Virus record (IMG/VR): IMGVR_UViG_3300005544_000005
Span: 5,204-69,203 of that record
DNA: 64,000 bases
Reading direction: 5' to 3' (one strand)
DNA from: a virus
Lineage: Duplodnaviria > Caudoviricetes
The notes beneath the pieces are model-generated. The model saw only the letters and a list, made by a program, of their open reading frames with translations. It ran no database searches and had not been told where the DNA came from. The position numbers and the translations under genes are program-made. Position 1 is the stretch's first letter. Each line of letters opens with the position of its first letter. Below are positions 1-9,903 of this stretch, one piece after another.

Positions 1-2886
1 TTCGCTGCGTATGTTGAGGATAAATTTCTCGGGTACTTTGCCAGTGCTGACGAGGCTATCAAGGCCGCTGTTACTGCCGCACTACAAGATCCTAAATCAT
101 CAATCCGCGGCCTGTCGGATCTCGTACGGCAAGGACTGGCCGGGTATAATAGCTCACCTGTCTCGACGCTAGACGATTTAGCGAAATTCCTGACTAAGCT
201 CCGTGAGATATCTGATCTTGGCAAATTGCCGGATCAGATCCAGGTTAAAGCTACACTCGATCATCTAGCTAGTCTAACAGACGCACTATTACAAGTACGC
301 GATGTTACTCCCGCTGTCGCACAAGGTTTCCTTGACCTCGCCGCCGCTGGCGCTCAAACCCTGTCAACGTGGCGCGATTCGATTACCGGAACACAACGTA
401 CGGCATACGAGATCTTCGAACGTAGTAAGCTAGCGTTCAACGCTGAAAGGGATTCACGGGAAGCGGCGCTTAAAGCTCAGTATGAAGAGACCAAAGCCAG
501 ACTCCTAGCGGCGGGTGTAACAGTACAAACGACGCAACAAATAGTAGGGGCATTGACATCGTTATCGGCTGCAAGCGGAGCTAACTACGGTGGCGGATCT
601 GGATATAGTGGCGGACCCGGTGGCGGGCTTACAGGATCGAATGGTGGTACTAACCTCGGCGGCGGCGGAGGAACAGGCGGTCCTAACATCGTACTTACTG
701 GCGGCACACCTAAGCCGGTGCCCGGCAAGGATGATCTAATTGCCAGCCTCAAAGCACTGCTTGATTCACTTCTACATGGCCTTGCAGACTTACCGGCCAA
801 AATCACCGAAGCAGATTTCCGCAATCCTAACGCTTCTAACTTCTACGCTAAACAATTAGATGATGCTGTAGATTCATTCCGCCGAGTAAGCGATGCGCTC
901 GCGAAAGCCTCAGAAACATCTGATCAATTCGCGTCTGATTTAGCTTCGGCATTGTCAAACGTCGCACAATCCTTCATAGATACGCGCGATGCAATCACAG
1001 GCCACACTCGCTCTGCCGTTGAAGAGCTTGAGATTAAAAAGCAACAAGCGGCATTGTTTAACGCTGAATTGCCGCTCGAGATTGCCAATCTTAAAGCAGA
1101 AGTGGCCAAAGACCAAGCATTGCTTGCCACTGCCGGCATAACTAACACCTACGCGGCGACTGTACTGGAGAGTGGAAAAGCCGTAGCTGCACTGGCGCAG
1201 ATTACTGCCCAGACTATTGTTCTAACTGGTCAGTTGTCGGAAGCGGAAGTCGAGGCAACGCAACGTAAAATAGATGCACTAAATGGTGTTATCCAGGTAT
1301 TAGAACAGATTAAGCCGATTGATATATCAGAGATCCACGTCCAAGGTGGCGGTGGTGGATCTGCAAGCGGCAAATCACCTACACAGGAATTAGCTGATTT
1401 TTTTGCAGCATTCGACCGGTCGCTATTGCCACAATTGTCACAACAGATCTACGATATTAACAAGAAATACGACGATGAAATCAAGCTTCACGCTAAAGAT
1501 CACACAGCGATAGATCAGCTTAATAAAGACCGCGAGGCAGAGATAGCGCTCGTCCAAAAGGCCGCGCGCGAGGTAGGAGTAAAGAACGCTCAAAGTTTCA
1601 TCGATAGTGGACTGCCCGGACTAGTCACACAGATCAACGGTGTACATAATACGTCACAAGGGTTGATCGATTCTCTGCGGGCGTTAAATTCACAAGGTGC
1701 GCTATCGACACAGGAGTTACATAGATTAGTTCCGGCTATCCGAGCGGCTGAGCAGGCACAAGTAGCTGCTATCAAGACCGGCATATTACAATCTATTGAC
1801 GATTTCGCTGCCACTATCGCTAATCAAGGTTTGCCTGGACAGTTAAAGGGGATTAGTGATCAATCTGTCAAACTCCGCGATTCGCTCAATGCCCTAGCCG
1901 CCGCCGGGACGCTATCGGCGGATGAATTCTTCAAAGCGGCCGGTAAGATCAGTGACGCTGCTAAGGCACAGGAGCAGGCGACATATGAATCCGCTGCCAC
2001 GTCGTTGCTGTCAGAGTTGTACGGGCTCCTACATGATGACACGGCATCGGCAAAGCTTAAATTTGATCTGACTTTGGCTGAGTTACAAATCCGTGAAGCT
2101 GAGTTAGAGAATGCAGTTAAGATATACGGCTTGGTTGGCGATTTCATCCCGGAGATCAAAGCCGCTATTGATAAGTTCAAAGCGGCCGGGCCTGGGATAT
2201 TCTCCAGCTCCGGTTCGAATTCCAGTCCCACAAACTTCACGGACCCGGCGACTGTTCTAAGGTTAGCCGCTGAGAATCAGGCTAACGCGGGCAACAGTCT
2301 ACAGTCGGCGGCACAGGCATTGTCTGTGGCGATTCAAAAACTCTCAGATTACGGCGACTCACTGTTGACCAATTCCACCCTCAGCGCCTTGACTCCGGCC
2401 GATCAATTAGCACAGGCGCGAGCGCAATTACAAGCGGATTACTCGCTAGCCGAATCTGGCAATCTCGACGCTTTCAACGCTTATCAAGGTTTAGCGAATA
2501 CATTCTTGGGGTTATCGAAAGCCCAGAACGTGTCAAATTCCACGTACGGCGTGGATTTTAAATTGGTATTAGATGAAATCCAAGCTCTCAAGTCCATGGT
2601 CGGAATAATATCACTGCCGACGATACCGGCCGTGGGATCATTCGGAGGTGGTAGCGGCGGAACTGGCGGCGGAGGCGGCGTGGGCAGTGGCAACGGTTCC
2701 GGCCAAACTCTAGCTGTGATCAATCTCGACCCTGTTGTATTGTCGATCGGTTCCGCGTCAAACCGTAACCACGATGACCTATCAAATATGGCTGCTAGAG
2801 TTGGAGTACTAACAGAGGTAGTACGTACACAGCAAGATCAATTAACGCGCGTGGTTAGCGTGTTAGAGCACGGGATGGTTCACTAA
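1..2886 (+). CDS. Tape measure protein, C-terminal part (5' truncated by window)
   Basis: Frame open from base 1; long Ala/Leu/Gln-rich helical sequence upstream of tail genes; C-terminus (ALTPADQLAQARAQ...SGNLDAFNAYQGLANTFL) resembles TMP ends. Confidence 0.85.
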   Translation, partial: FAAYVEDKFLGYFASADEAIKAAVTAALQDPKSSIRGLSDLVRQGLAGYNSSPVSTLDDLAKFLTKLREISDLGKLPDQIQVKATLDHLASLTDALLQVRDVTPAVAQGFLDLAAAGAQTLSTWRDSITGTQRTAYEIFERSKLAFNAERDSREAALKAQYEETKARLLAAGVTVQTTQQIVGALTSLSAASGANYGGGSGYSGGPGGGLTGSNGGTNLGGGGGTGGPNIVLTGGTPKPVPGKDDLIASLKALLDSLLHGLADLPAKITEADFRNPNASNFYAKQLDDAVDSFRRVSDALAKASETSDQFASDLASALSNVAQSFIDTRDAITGHTRSAVEELEIKKQQAALFNAELPLEIANLKAEVAKDQALLATAGITNTYAATVLESGKAVAALAQITAQTIVLTGQLSEAEVEATQRKIDALNGVIQVLEQIKPIDISEIHVQGGGGGSASGKSPTQELADFFAAFDRSLLPQLSQQIYDINKKYDDEIKLHAKDHTAIDQLNKDREAEIALVQKAAREVGVKNAQSFIDSGLPGLVTQINGVHNTSQGLIDSLRALNSQGALSTQELHRLVPAIRAAEQAQVAAIKTGILQSIDDFAATIANQGLPGQLKGISDQSVKLRDSLNALAAAGTLSADEFFKAAGKISDAAKAQEQATYESAATSLLSELYGLLHDDTASAKLKFDLTLAELQIREAELENAVKIYGLVGDFIPEIKAAIDKFKAAGPGIFSSSGSNSSPTNFTDPATVLRLAAENQANAGNSLQSAAQALSVAIQKLSDYGDSLLTNSTLSALTPADQLAQARAQLQADYSLAESGNLDAFNAYQGLANTFLGLSKAQNVSNSTYGVDFKLVLDEIQALKSMVGIISLPTIPAVGSFGGGSGGTGGGGGVGSGNGSGQTLAVINLDPVVLSIGSASNRNHDDLSNMAARVGVLTEVVRTQQDQLTRVVSVLEHGMVH

Positions 2887-3314
2887 TGGCTGCCAACATA
2901 CCCCGCCCTAACAATAATACCGATAGCACCTTGATTGACGAACTTATACGTGACTATGGCGAGGTGTTTATAAAGGCTGGATTGACGCATGAGCGTGTAG
3001 TGCTTATTGTAACCAAAGACGTAGAAAAGGTTAAATCAGCCCTAGATTCACGCCTCGCATGGTGGCGTAAGCTGGACGAGGCACGACAAAGGGTACTGGT
3101 GAATATGGCTTTCGGTCTAGGAGTAAACGGGCTATTGTCTTTTAAAAGCGCCTTAAAATCCCTGGAGCACAGTAATTTTGATTCCGCCGCAGATGCCATA
3201 GTCGACTCTAGATGGTATAAACTAGATAAGGCACATGCTGAGAAGATAGCGAATGCTATCAGACGCGGCGACGATAGCGAACGTCGCACGGACTCGGACA
3301 AGTTTAACCAATGA
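2886..3314 (+). CDS. Phage lysozyme (GH24/T4L-like) homologue, apparently catalytically degenerate
   Basis: WWRKLDEARQRVLVNMAFGLGVNGLLSFK...DSRWY matches the C-lobe; catalytic DEG reads DYG and the following hairpin is shortened. Confidence 0.8.
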   Translation: MAANIPRPNNNTDSTLIDELIRDYGEVFIKAGLTHERVVLIVTKDVEKVKSALDSRLAWWRKLDEARQRVLVNMAFGLGVNGLLSFKSALKSLEHSNFDSAADAIVDSRWYKLDKAHAEKIANAIRRGDDSERRTDSDKFNQ

Positions 3315-5707
3315 CCCGTCCAGGCTTGACAGCATTCGGCGAATATGCGGTAGGTGATCTGCCGGCTGCTAATGATATATCCACACCATCTCTATCCGCT
3401 TATCTGCTCGCCAATCGCGCCGACCGGATTATCCTGTTAATCGCCAAGCCCCGTATTCCCGGGTCAATGGGCCAGGTGCGTACGATCTATGCGGCGAGTG
3501 ACGAGTACTCGACCAAACCCACAGATACGCCAGCCAATCAGATATTCCGTGCTAGATTGCTATCCTCGTATAATATCCAATATTCGCTATGGGGTGGGCT
3601 CGGTCAGCTACCTATCCCCAAGCAGACGGTAGACGGCAAGACACAACTACCATCCGTTAGATCTATTCCATCGTTCGGTGTAATATCGTTCGTCGCCGCC
3701 GATGGCGATTACGACAATTTGACTCGACTATCTTGGATCGGCTGTGAGATCGATATCTATGTAACGGTTAAAGACGCTGCATTCTCTCCGCCACCGCAAA
3801 TCTTCAAAGGTACATGTGGCGGTATCACATGGGACCCGGCTAGAATAGATCTCTCTATTCGCGACTTGCAGCAGAATTTTCAGATCCCACTACAGTCGGA
3901 ACTATACACGACCGGGGCTATTACTTTATCCGCCCCATCTACCCCTGCCGCAACCGCCACTATCACCACACCGTCCGGGTCGAAATCCATAGAGTCCTGG
4001 GTTAAACCATCATCCGATTCGTCTACCCGCCGTGATCTAATCGGCTGGCAAGGTACAACCGCGGGATGCTTTGGCATCTATTACAATACGAACGGGTCTA
4101 ATTATCTCACAGCGTTCGCCGTCAACAATGCCGGGACGATATTCAAATTCGACGATAATCTAACCGTCCCATCCGGTACGTGGATTCAAGTCGCTATCAC
4201 CCTCGATGTCACTGCCGGCTTCCTCTATCTTTACATCAATCGCACGTTGCGCGGGTCTGTCGCCGTCACCGGAACATTCACGACCGCGGCGACTGCCTTC
4301 ACACTCGCCAATGCCACGATTTCAGAATTACGTCTGTGGTCTGTGGCGCGTACACTTGGCGACGTGGCATTGAATATGTATCTGTCCTACCCATGTGCCA
4401 CAGGCGGAGCATATACTGGTCTGTACGCCTATTACACCTTCCCGGAATCGGTAGGCACCACGTCTGTCGATCAAACTGGTGTGCGCGGGGCGATTACCCT
4501 AAACGGTGCATCGTGGGATACCGGCGACTGGCAACAGTCACAATGTCTGGGTAAGGTGAAACCTGTCGCTATCGGTGAATTAAAGTACCCCGCTGAGATC
4601 CCTCTTCAGCTAGTCGATCCTAACGCGCCGAGCACTATCATATTCCAAGCTCATCATCGGCCGATGCAAGCGTTTCTAGCAGTGCGGCACGCGGGGCTAG
4701 CGTTAGTGGCCGGCGTAGATTACACCGTTGATCTCTACCGCGGTTATGTCTTTGCGCATGTGAACGTGACAGCGACAATGACAGCGGACGTCCAAGGGGA
4801 TACGGGGGTCGGCTCGCCGGATGGGTTAGGGTATGTGAATCGCAAAGCTGACATAGCCGTCCGGATAGCGGCACTGTACGGTGGGACGCCTTACCCCACC
4901 GGCGTAGACCTCTCTTCCGTGTCAGATCTCAATATCAAAGATCCGTCGCCGCATGGTATTTTCATCAACTCATCCCAAACCATCGGCGATGCTATCGACT
5001 CACTCATGGACGGGTGCTCATGGACATTCAACCGTCAAGGGCAACTAACCCTAGGCCGATTAGACCTACCAGGTGTATCGACTGAGGATATCAATCAGAA
5101 TAAAATCGTCTATGGCTCGCTTTCCCGTCAACCTACACCGGAACCGAGCAAACGTCAGAGAGTGGGGTACAATCACGTCTGGCAGACGCAGCCGCCAGCG
5201 CAATTGTCAACATCGTTAACGACGGCAGATAGAGAGCTATTAAGTCGCCCTGATTCATTCGTAGCGCCCGGGACGGACCTGTCAATAGTGAAAGATTATC
5301 CGCTCGCGTCCGACGTACAAATCCTCACCTTGCGGTATGATCAATCTGCGGCCGAAGCAGAATCTATCCGCCGTCAATTAGTATATGGACAGTCGGCGGA
5401 TATATATAAGGTCAGAGTTGTAGAAGGACTATTCAAGCATTGGTTACTCGACACTATCACTTTGACATATAAAGAGGAAGTGCCAGGGTCGGCGGCAGGT
5501 GCCACCGTTGTACGTTACGACATATCTGGCAGGAAATTCGTCATCATCGGTCTAGTCGAGACCGTGGCATCCGATCCTAGCCAACCGGATGTTGTAGAAT
5601 ATACGCTGTGGGGGCCGCGTGTGTCCGGGTTGATTATTGATACCGCGACGTTGGATAAATTAGTTGTCGACACGGTGACGGGTGATAGGTTGAAGATTGG
5701 CAATTAA
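3311..5707 (+). CDS. Tail hub/baseplate-like protein with inserted LamG/concanavalin-like domain
   Basis: Follows TMP; WIQVAITLD...LYLYIN...ISELRLWSVART is LamG-like; GKVKPVAIGE and WTFNRQGQL motifs typical of hubs. Confidence 0.7.
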   Translation: MTRPGLTAFGEYAVGDLPAANDISTPSLSAYLLANRADRIILLIAKPRIPGSMGQVRTIYAASDEYSTKPTDTPANQIFRARLLSSYNIQYSLWGGLGQLPIPKQTVDGKTQLPSVRSIPSFGVISFVAADGDYDNLTRLSWIGCEIDIYVTVKDAAFSPPPQIFKGTCGGITWDPARIDLSIRDLQQNFQIPLQSELYTTGAITLSAPSTPAATATITTPSGSKSIESWVKPSSDSSTRRDLIGWQGTTAGCFGIYYNTNGSNYLTAFAVNNAGTIFKFDDNLTVPSGTWIQVAITLDVTAGFLYLYINRTLRGSVAVTGTFTTAATAFTLANATISELRLWSVARTLGDVALNMYLSYPCATGGAYTGLYAYYTFPESVGTTSVDQTGVRGAITLNGASWDTGDWQQSQCLGKVKPVAIGELKYPAEIPLQLVDPNAPSTIIFQAHHRPMQAFLAVRHAGLALVAGVDYTVDLYRGYVFAHVNVTATMTADVQGDTGVGSPDGLGYVNRKADIAVRIAALYGGTPYPTGVDLSSVSDLNIKDPSPHGIFINSSQTIGDAIDSLMDGCSWTFNRQGQLTLGRLDLPGVSTEDINQNKIVYGSLSRQPTPEPSKRQRVGYNHVWQTQPPAQLSTSLTTADRELLSRPDSFVAPGTDLSIVKDYPLASDVQILTLRYDQSAAEAESIRRQLVYGQSADIYKVRVVEGLFKHWLLDTITLTYKEEVPGSAAGATVVRYDISGRKFVIIGLVETVASDPSQPDVVEYTLWGPRVSGLIIDTATLDKLVVDTVTGDRLKIGN

Positions 5708-5871
5708 GCAGTAATAGGGGAGAGGAAAGAGTCCCCCCGGAGCGTGTCCAGGGGGCGGGACAGATGTGAGAGGGTAGGATCACCCTACCACACTTTCTGA
5801 CTGGACACAAGGCCCTCGGTACGTGGTAAGATCGCTGCTGTCTGAGAGACCCGAAAGAAGGAGGCGCTCCT

Positions 5872-6069
5872 GTGGCTGCTGACTCTCTCTGTGGCTCCTA
5901 CCTGATCACAAGCCGGACTGCCAACCGATTCGTCGGCACTCTGGAGTGGCGGCCGCGTCAAGGCGTCTACCGGCTGCACGACGGCGCCAACGAACTTAGC
6001 GATTACGGCCCGGGCGCGGTAGCCGCTTCGATCGCTGCCGGTCGGTGGATGCCAATCCAAGCGGGGTAG
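5872..6069 (+). CDS. Small hypothetical protein (moron-like insertion)
   Basis: GAAGGAGG SD before GTG; upstream GTGGTAAGAT extended -10-like motif. Confidence 0.55.
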   Translation: MAADSLCGSYLITSRTANRFVGTLEWRPRQGVYRLHDGANELSDYGPGAVAASIAAGRWMPIQAG

Positions 6070-6173
6070 ATACCAATGCTGTGGTTTTTAGTCGGGGTGT
6101 TTGCCGTAGCAATCTGTATGATCTGGGCGATGACCAGGGCATACTAAACCTTTCTATATTAGACGGAGGGTAT

Positions 6174-8486
6174 GTGCAACATAGGTATAATCAAATTGTC
6201 AGTATAGCGGCGGCTACGTTGGCGGTATTCGTTTGTAGCACTAACGCCCATGCTCAGGACATACCTATCACCGGCCTGCCGCACGTATCGAGCATACAAC
6301 CAACAGACGCATTTATCTTCCAACGGGCTGGAGCTACACGAGACAACTTCATCTACCAGTCTGAGTTATTCAGTGGATACGCTTCGCTCGCCACACCGGC
6401 TATAAGCTGGGCAGTATACGCTGCCGACTATGGCGTCGGTGTAAGTAGCTCGGCCGCAACCAACGATGCCGGTATCGCCGCCGCTATTGCTGCCCTGCCC
6501 GCTTCCGGCGGCACCGTCGTACTACCGTGCGGCAACGGAATAAGTATCTCCGCTACAATTACACTAGGCAATGCGACGACCACGACCGCGAGCACACGCA
6601 ACGGTATTACCCTAACCGGTTGCGGTACCGGCCCCGACGGTATCAACATGACGGCGATCTCTGGCGCTACTCGACTCGTCTGGGTGGGATCGGCAGGCGG
6701 GCGAATGATCGAAATTCACGGCCCGATTGAGGGGATCAATCTCAGCGATTTCACGCTTGACGGTGGCGGTCTCGCCGCTCAGCTTATCCACTCCTATCGC
6801 TCCTTCCAACAAGACGTACGTCGAATGAACCTCATCCAGTGGACGGGTACCGCAATCGCAATTGATGCCGATGGAACCTATACCGGTGCCGGTGGCGGCG
6901 GTGGCGGTGGTGCGCCGTTCCAACAAACTTGGGAACTAGTTAATATCATTAACCCTTCGTCTACCTCCGCTAATGCTGTTACGATTGGATCGAACGTCAA
7001 CGGCAACTACAACGTTAACGAAGTGACGTTCACGCGGTGCCAACTAGAACGCGGTAATACAGACAACGCCTATTCTCTTTGGCTCGGTAATGTAGACCAC
7101 GCAACCTTTGTTCACTCTTGGTTCCTTCGTCGTAGTTCCACTACCGGTAAGGCGATTATCGTTGCACCTCAGTCCGGCGCGCCTACTTGGCCTAGCAATA
7201 TAACCTTCATCGCATCCCCTCTTCAGGGCGGCATCTATCTCGATCAATCCGCAGCTACGTGGTCGAATACCGCTAATCCGGCGCTTCTTTTTTACCCATT
7301 CTACACTGCTGACAGTCAAGCCATTCCGCCTGTCGGAGCGATCTCGACTACTCTTCCCGCGACCCTTGTTGGCGGTATGACAGATACCGGCATGCCGCTT
7401 TCCGGTAGTCAAACGCGTATCTCTCTGTCTACAAATCAAGGTATGTCAGCTAATCAAGAAGCGTTCGGCAATAACGGTATCCTTTTCGAGGGTGCAACGT
7501 CCGATGCCTTCGAGACCTTTCTGACCGTGACCGATCCGACTGCCGACCGTACGATTACTCTACCGAATGTGAGCGGAACTGTCGTTACAACCGGCGACAC
7601 CGCGACCGTTACCGCTGGTATGCTTGCTAACGCTCTTCCGGCGAACACGACCGCTGTAGCAAACCAATTCTTTACGGCTTATAATTCGGCCACAGGGGCA
7701 TACACAAAAGCTCAACCGGCGTTCACGGACATATCCGGCGTCACGACTATCGGCCAGATTCCCACCGGCACAACGTCCACGACCGTGGCACTAGGCAACT
7801 CCAAAACAAACGGCCCCGGCGGCTCAAAATATAGCACCGATCGTATACCGTCGTCAAATACAGACGCCCCTTGCACAGATGAATTCCTTACGGCTACAGA
7901 ATCCGGAACTTGGCGCTGGGGTAATCAAGGCTCAAGCACTCAAGCTTTGACCGGCGATGTTCGCCAGATCACAATCGGCGCTGAAACAACCAATGTCCAC
8001 GTTAGGTGGTGTACGCCGCCCGCCGCAACGGATTGGACGTTTGGCGCCAAAGTATCATGTTTCGCATCAAACTCAGCGAATGCCTGTGGCCTTGCGGTCC
8101 TAGAAACCGGCACAGAGGCCACACCCACCGCTCTGTCGTTCGTCCTAGAAGGTAACGGCAACGGTACCCCGGTCTATGTAACAAAGACCTCTTACACGTC
8201 GGCCTATGCTGGCACAGCCGGTGGGCCGCTTACTTGGGGATCGCTCTTGACAGCCGGTCTCACACACTGGCAAGAAATCACCTACGTATCAAGCTCTAAG
8301 ACGATAGCGTATAAGATCTCACTCGACGGGATCTTTTGGTTTCAGGTCAACTCAAAGGTTTTAGGCGCTAACCCGGTATCGCTCGGTACTTTTGTAGACG
8401 CCAATACAGCTTCAAATACGGGACTAACAGGGATCTTCTACTACACTCGTTTAGTCAAATCGTCCAACGGATTGATAGGGCAGTAG
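6174..8486 (+). CDS. Tail-spike/fibre-like protein (beta-helix plus lectin-like C-terminus) with N-terminal signal peptide
   Basis: GGAGGG then GTG at 6174; QHRYNQIVSIAAATLAVFVCSTNAHA/QD; AAIAALPASGGTVVLP beta-helix start; FEGATSDAFETFLTVTDPTADRTITLP fibre motif. Confidence 0.65.
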   Translation: MQHRYNQIVSIAAATLAVFVCSTNAHAQDIPITGLPHVSSIQPTDAFIFQRAGATRDNFIYQSELFSGYASLATPAISWAVYAADYGVGVSSSAATNDAGIAAAIAALPASGGTVVLPCGNGISISATITLGNATTTTASTRNGITLTGCGTGPDGINMTAISGATRLVWVGSAGGRMIEIHGPIEGINLSDFTLDGGGLAAQLIHSYRSFQQDVRRMNLIQWTGTAIAIDADGTYTGAGGGGGGGAPFQQTWELVNIINPSSTSANAVTIGSNVNGNYNVNEVTFTRCQLERGNTDNAYSLWLGNVDHATFVHSWFLRRSSTTGKAIIVAPQSGAPTWPSNITFIASPLQGGIYLDQSAATWSNTANPALLFYPFYTADSQAIPPVGAISTTLPATLVGGMTDTGMPLSGSQTRISLSTNQGMSANQEAFGNNGILFEGATSDAFETFLTVTDPTADRTITLPNVSGTVVTTGDTATVTAGMLANALPANTTAVANQFFTAYNSATGAYTKAQPAFTDISGVTTIGQIPTGTTSTTVALGNSKTNGPGGSKYSTDRIPSSNTDAPCTDEFLTATESGTWRWGNQGSSTQALTGDVRQITIGAETTNVHVRWCTPPAATDWTFGAKVSCFASNSANACGLAVLETGTEATPTALSFVLEGNGNGTPVYVTKTSYTSAYAGTAGGPLTWGSLLTAGLTHWQEITYVSSSKTIAYKISLDGIFWFQVNSKVLGANPVSLGTFVDANTASNTGLTGIFYYTRLVKSSNGLIGQ

Positions 8487-8543
8487 TGGCTATAACGTGG
8501 CGATAAGAAGGCAAAACAGGGGCAAATAAGGGTAATAATCATT

Positions 8544-9491
8544 ATGTCATCGCCGATTATCGCTAGCCCTGCCCTATCCGATTCTATTGTACTAGTCGGC
8601 GGCGTCACGGCCGGATCTATGCCGTTATCGTATCTACAAACCGATCAACCCAGCGACCGCACGCGATTTACTGATCTAAGCGTCTTGTACGCTCCCGGTG
8701 GCGGATCGGCTGTAGCCTCATCTGGTGCATATGTTGTATTAGATTTCGGAACGCCAGTCGCCTTACATCTACACTACTTCGGAATGACAAATGCCAGTAC
8801 ATTCGCTGCGATTCGTAAAAGAGGCGGAAATAACCCCGATCCTACAATATCACCGGTGTATGATACTGTAATAGGACTAGGCACAGGATCGGCTCATGAC
8901 ATACCATTAGCACCAGTCGATGGGTTGAAAGCTGTTGGTATATCTAAAATCCCGCATATCGATTTCAGCTCCGCAGGTTTTGGCGGATCATCATTTCGAT
9001 ATTGGCGGTTTGATTTTATCGATCCAGACAATCCGGACGGCTATCTAGACATCGGTCGCATGATCTTAGCGTCCTTCTCCTCTATCAATGGCGCTCCGCC
9101 GTCGTGTTATCAATTCCCGCGTGGCGTGTCAGCGTCCAATAGTTCAATCGGATTCAACGAACCGACTGTGCGACTAGAGACAGCTGGCCGTCAAACATAT
9201 TCGGCCGTACGTACGCCATTAGATCAGCAGAAGTTTTCCATCGCCGCTGTTAAGGAGTCTGACTTATTAGGTTCTCTCCGTGCGATTCGTGCTACTAGAG
9301 GAAATTCACGTGGCGTATTGTGGATAGAAAATCCCGCCGATCCGGCTGTGATAGCACAAAAGACCGTATACGGCCTAATGACTATTAACGATAGTCCACA
9401 TTTAGGGCTTATGGCTGTCGGTGGAGTAGTGGTATTTGCCCCGTACACGCAAGTTTACACAGTTGACGGTTCGATTGTAGCGATGAATTAA
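8544..9491 (+). CDS. Distal-tail-like minor tail protein
   Basis: FRYWRFDFIDPDNPDGYLDIGRMILA motif typical of this tail protein class; tail context. Confidence 0.65.
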   Translation: MSSPIIASPALSDSIVLVGGVTAGSMPLSYLQTDQPSDRTRFTDLSVLYAPGGGSAVASSGAYVVLDFGTPVALHLHYFGMTNASTFAAIRKRGGNNPDPTISPVYDTVIGLGTGSAHDIPLAPVDGLKAVGISKIPHIDFSSAGFGGSSFRYWRFDFIDPDNPDGYLDIGRMILASFSSINGAPPSCYQFPRGVSASNSSIGFNEPTVRLETAGRQTYSAVRTPLDQQKFSIAAVKESDLLGSLRAIRATRGNSRGVLWIENPADPAVIAQKTVYGLMTINDSPHLGLMAVGGVVVFAPYTQVYTVDGSIVAMN

Positions 9492-9688
9492 ACTAAGATA
9501 AGGTGATCATTAAAATGGGCGAACGTAAGGAACCTACACCGTTGCCTGAAGGCGTACGTAAGCCTATGCCTCCTCCGGCACCACCACCTCCACGCCGCAG
9601 CACAATTACTATTAAGTTTAGACCAATAAAAGAAACTCTCCGCAACTTATCTGCTTACGATGGTGACGGTATAGTGGTGGACTAGAAA

Positions 9689-9898
9689 ATGTCTATTTTA
9701 ACCGACGATCAACGCGCTATCTTCGACGCTTGGTACACGTCACACAGCAAGTCGACTCTAGACGTCGCCGATCCTGACACCTTGCGAGTGCTAGCGGAGG
9801 CGTCATTCGAGGAAGGGGTTAAGGCGGCGGAATCCGTACGGCCGCATAGTAAGTTTAAAACCAGATACGGAGACGACAAGAAAAGCGCCGAGAGATAG
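9689..9898 (+). CDS. Hypothetical protein
   Basis: ORF packed between tail genes. Confidence 0.5.
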   Translation: MSILTDDQRAIFDAWYTSHSKSTLDVADPDTLRVLAEASFEEGVKAAESVRPHSKFKTRYGDDKKSAER

Positions 9899-9903
9899 CA
9901 ACC

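Noticed and set aside
2211-2225. GGTTCGAATTCC resembling a tRNA T-loop
   Set aside because: Inside the TMP reading frame; no cloverleaf arms around it
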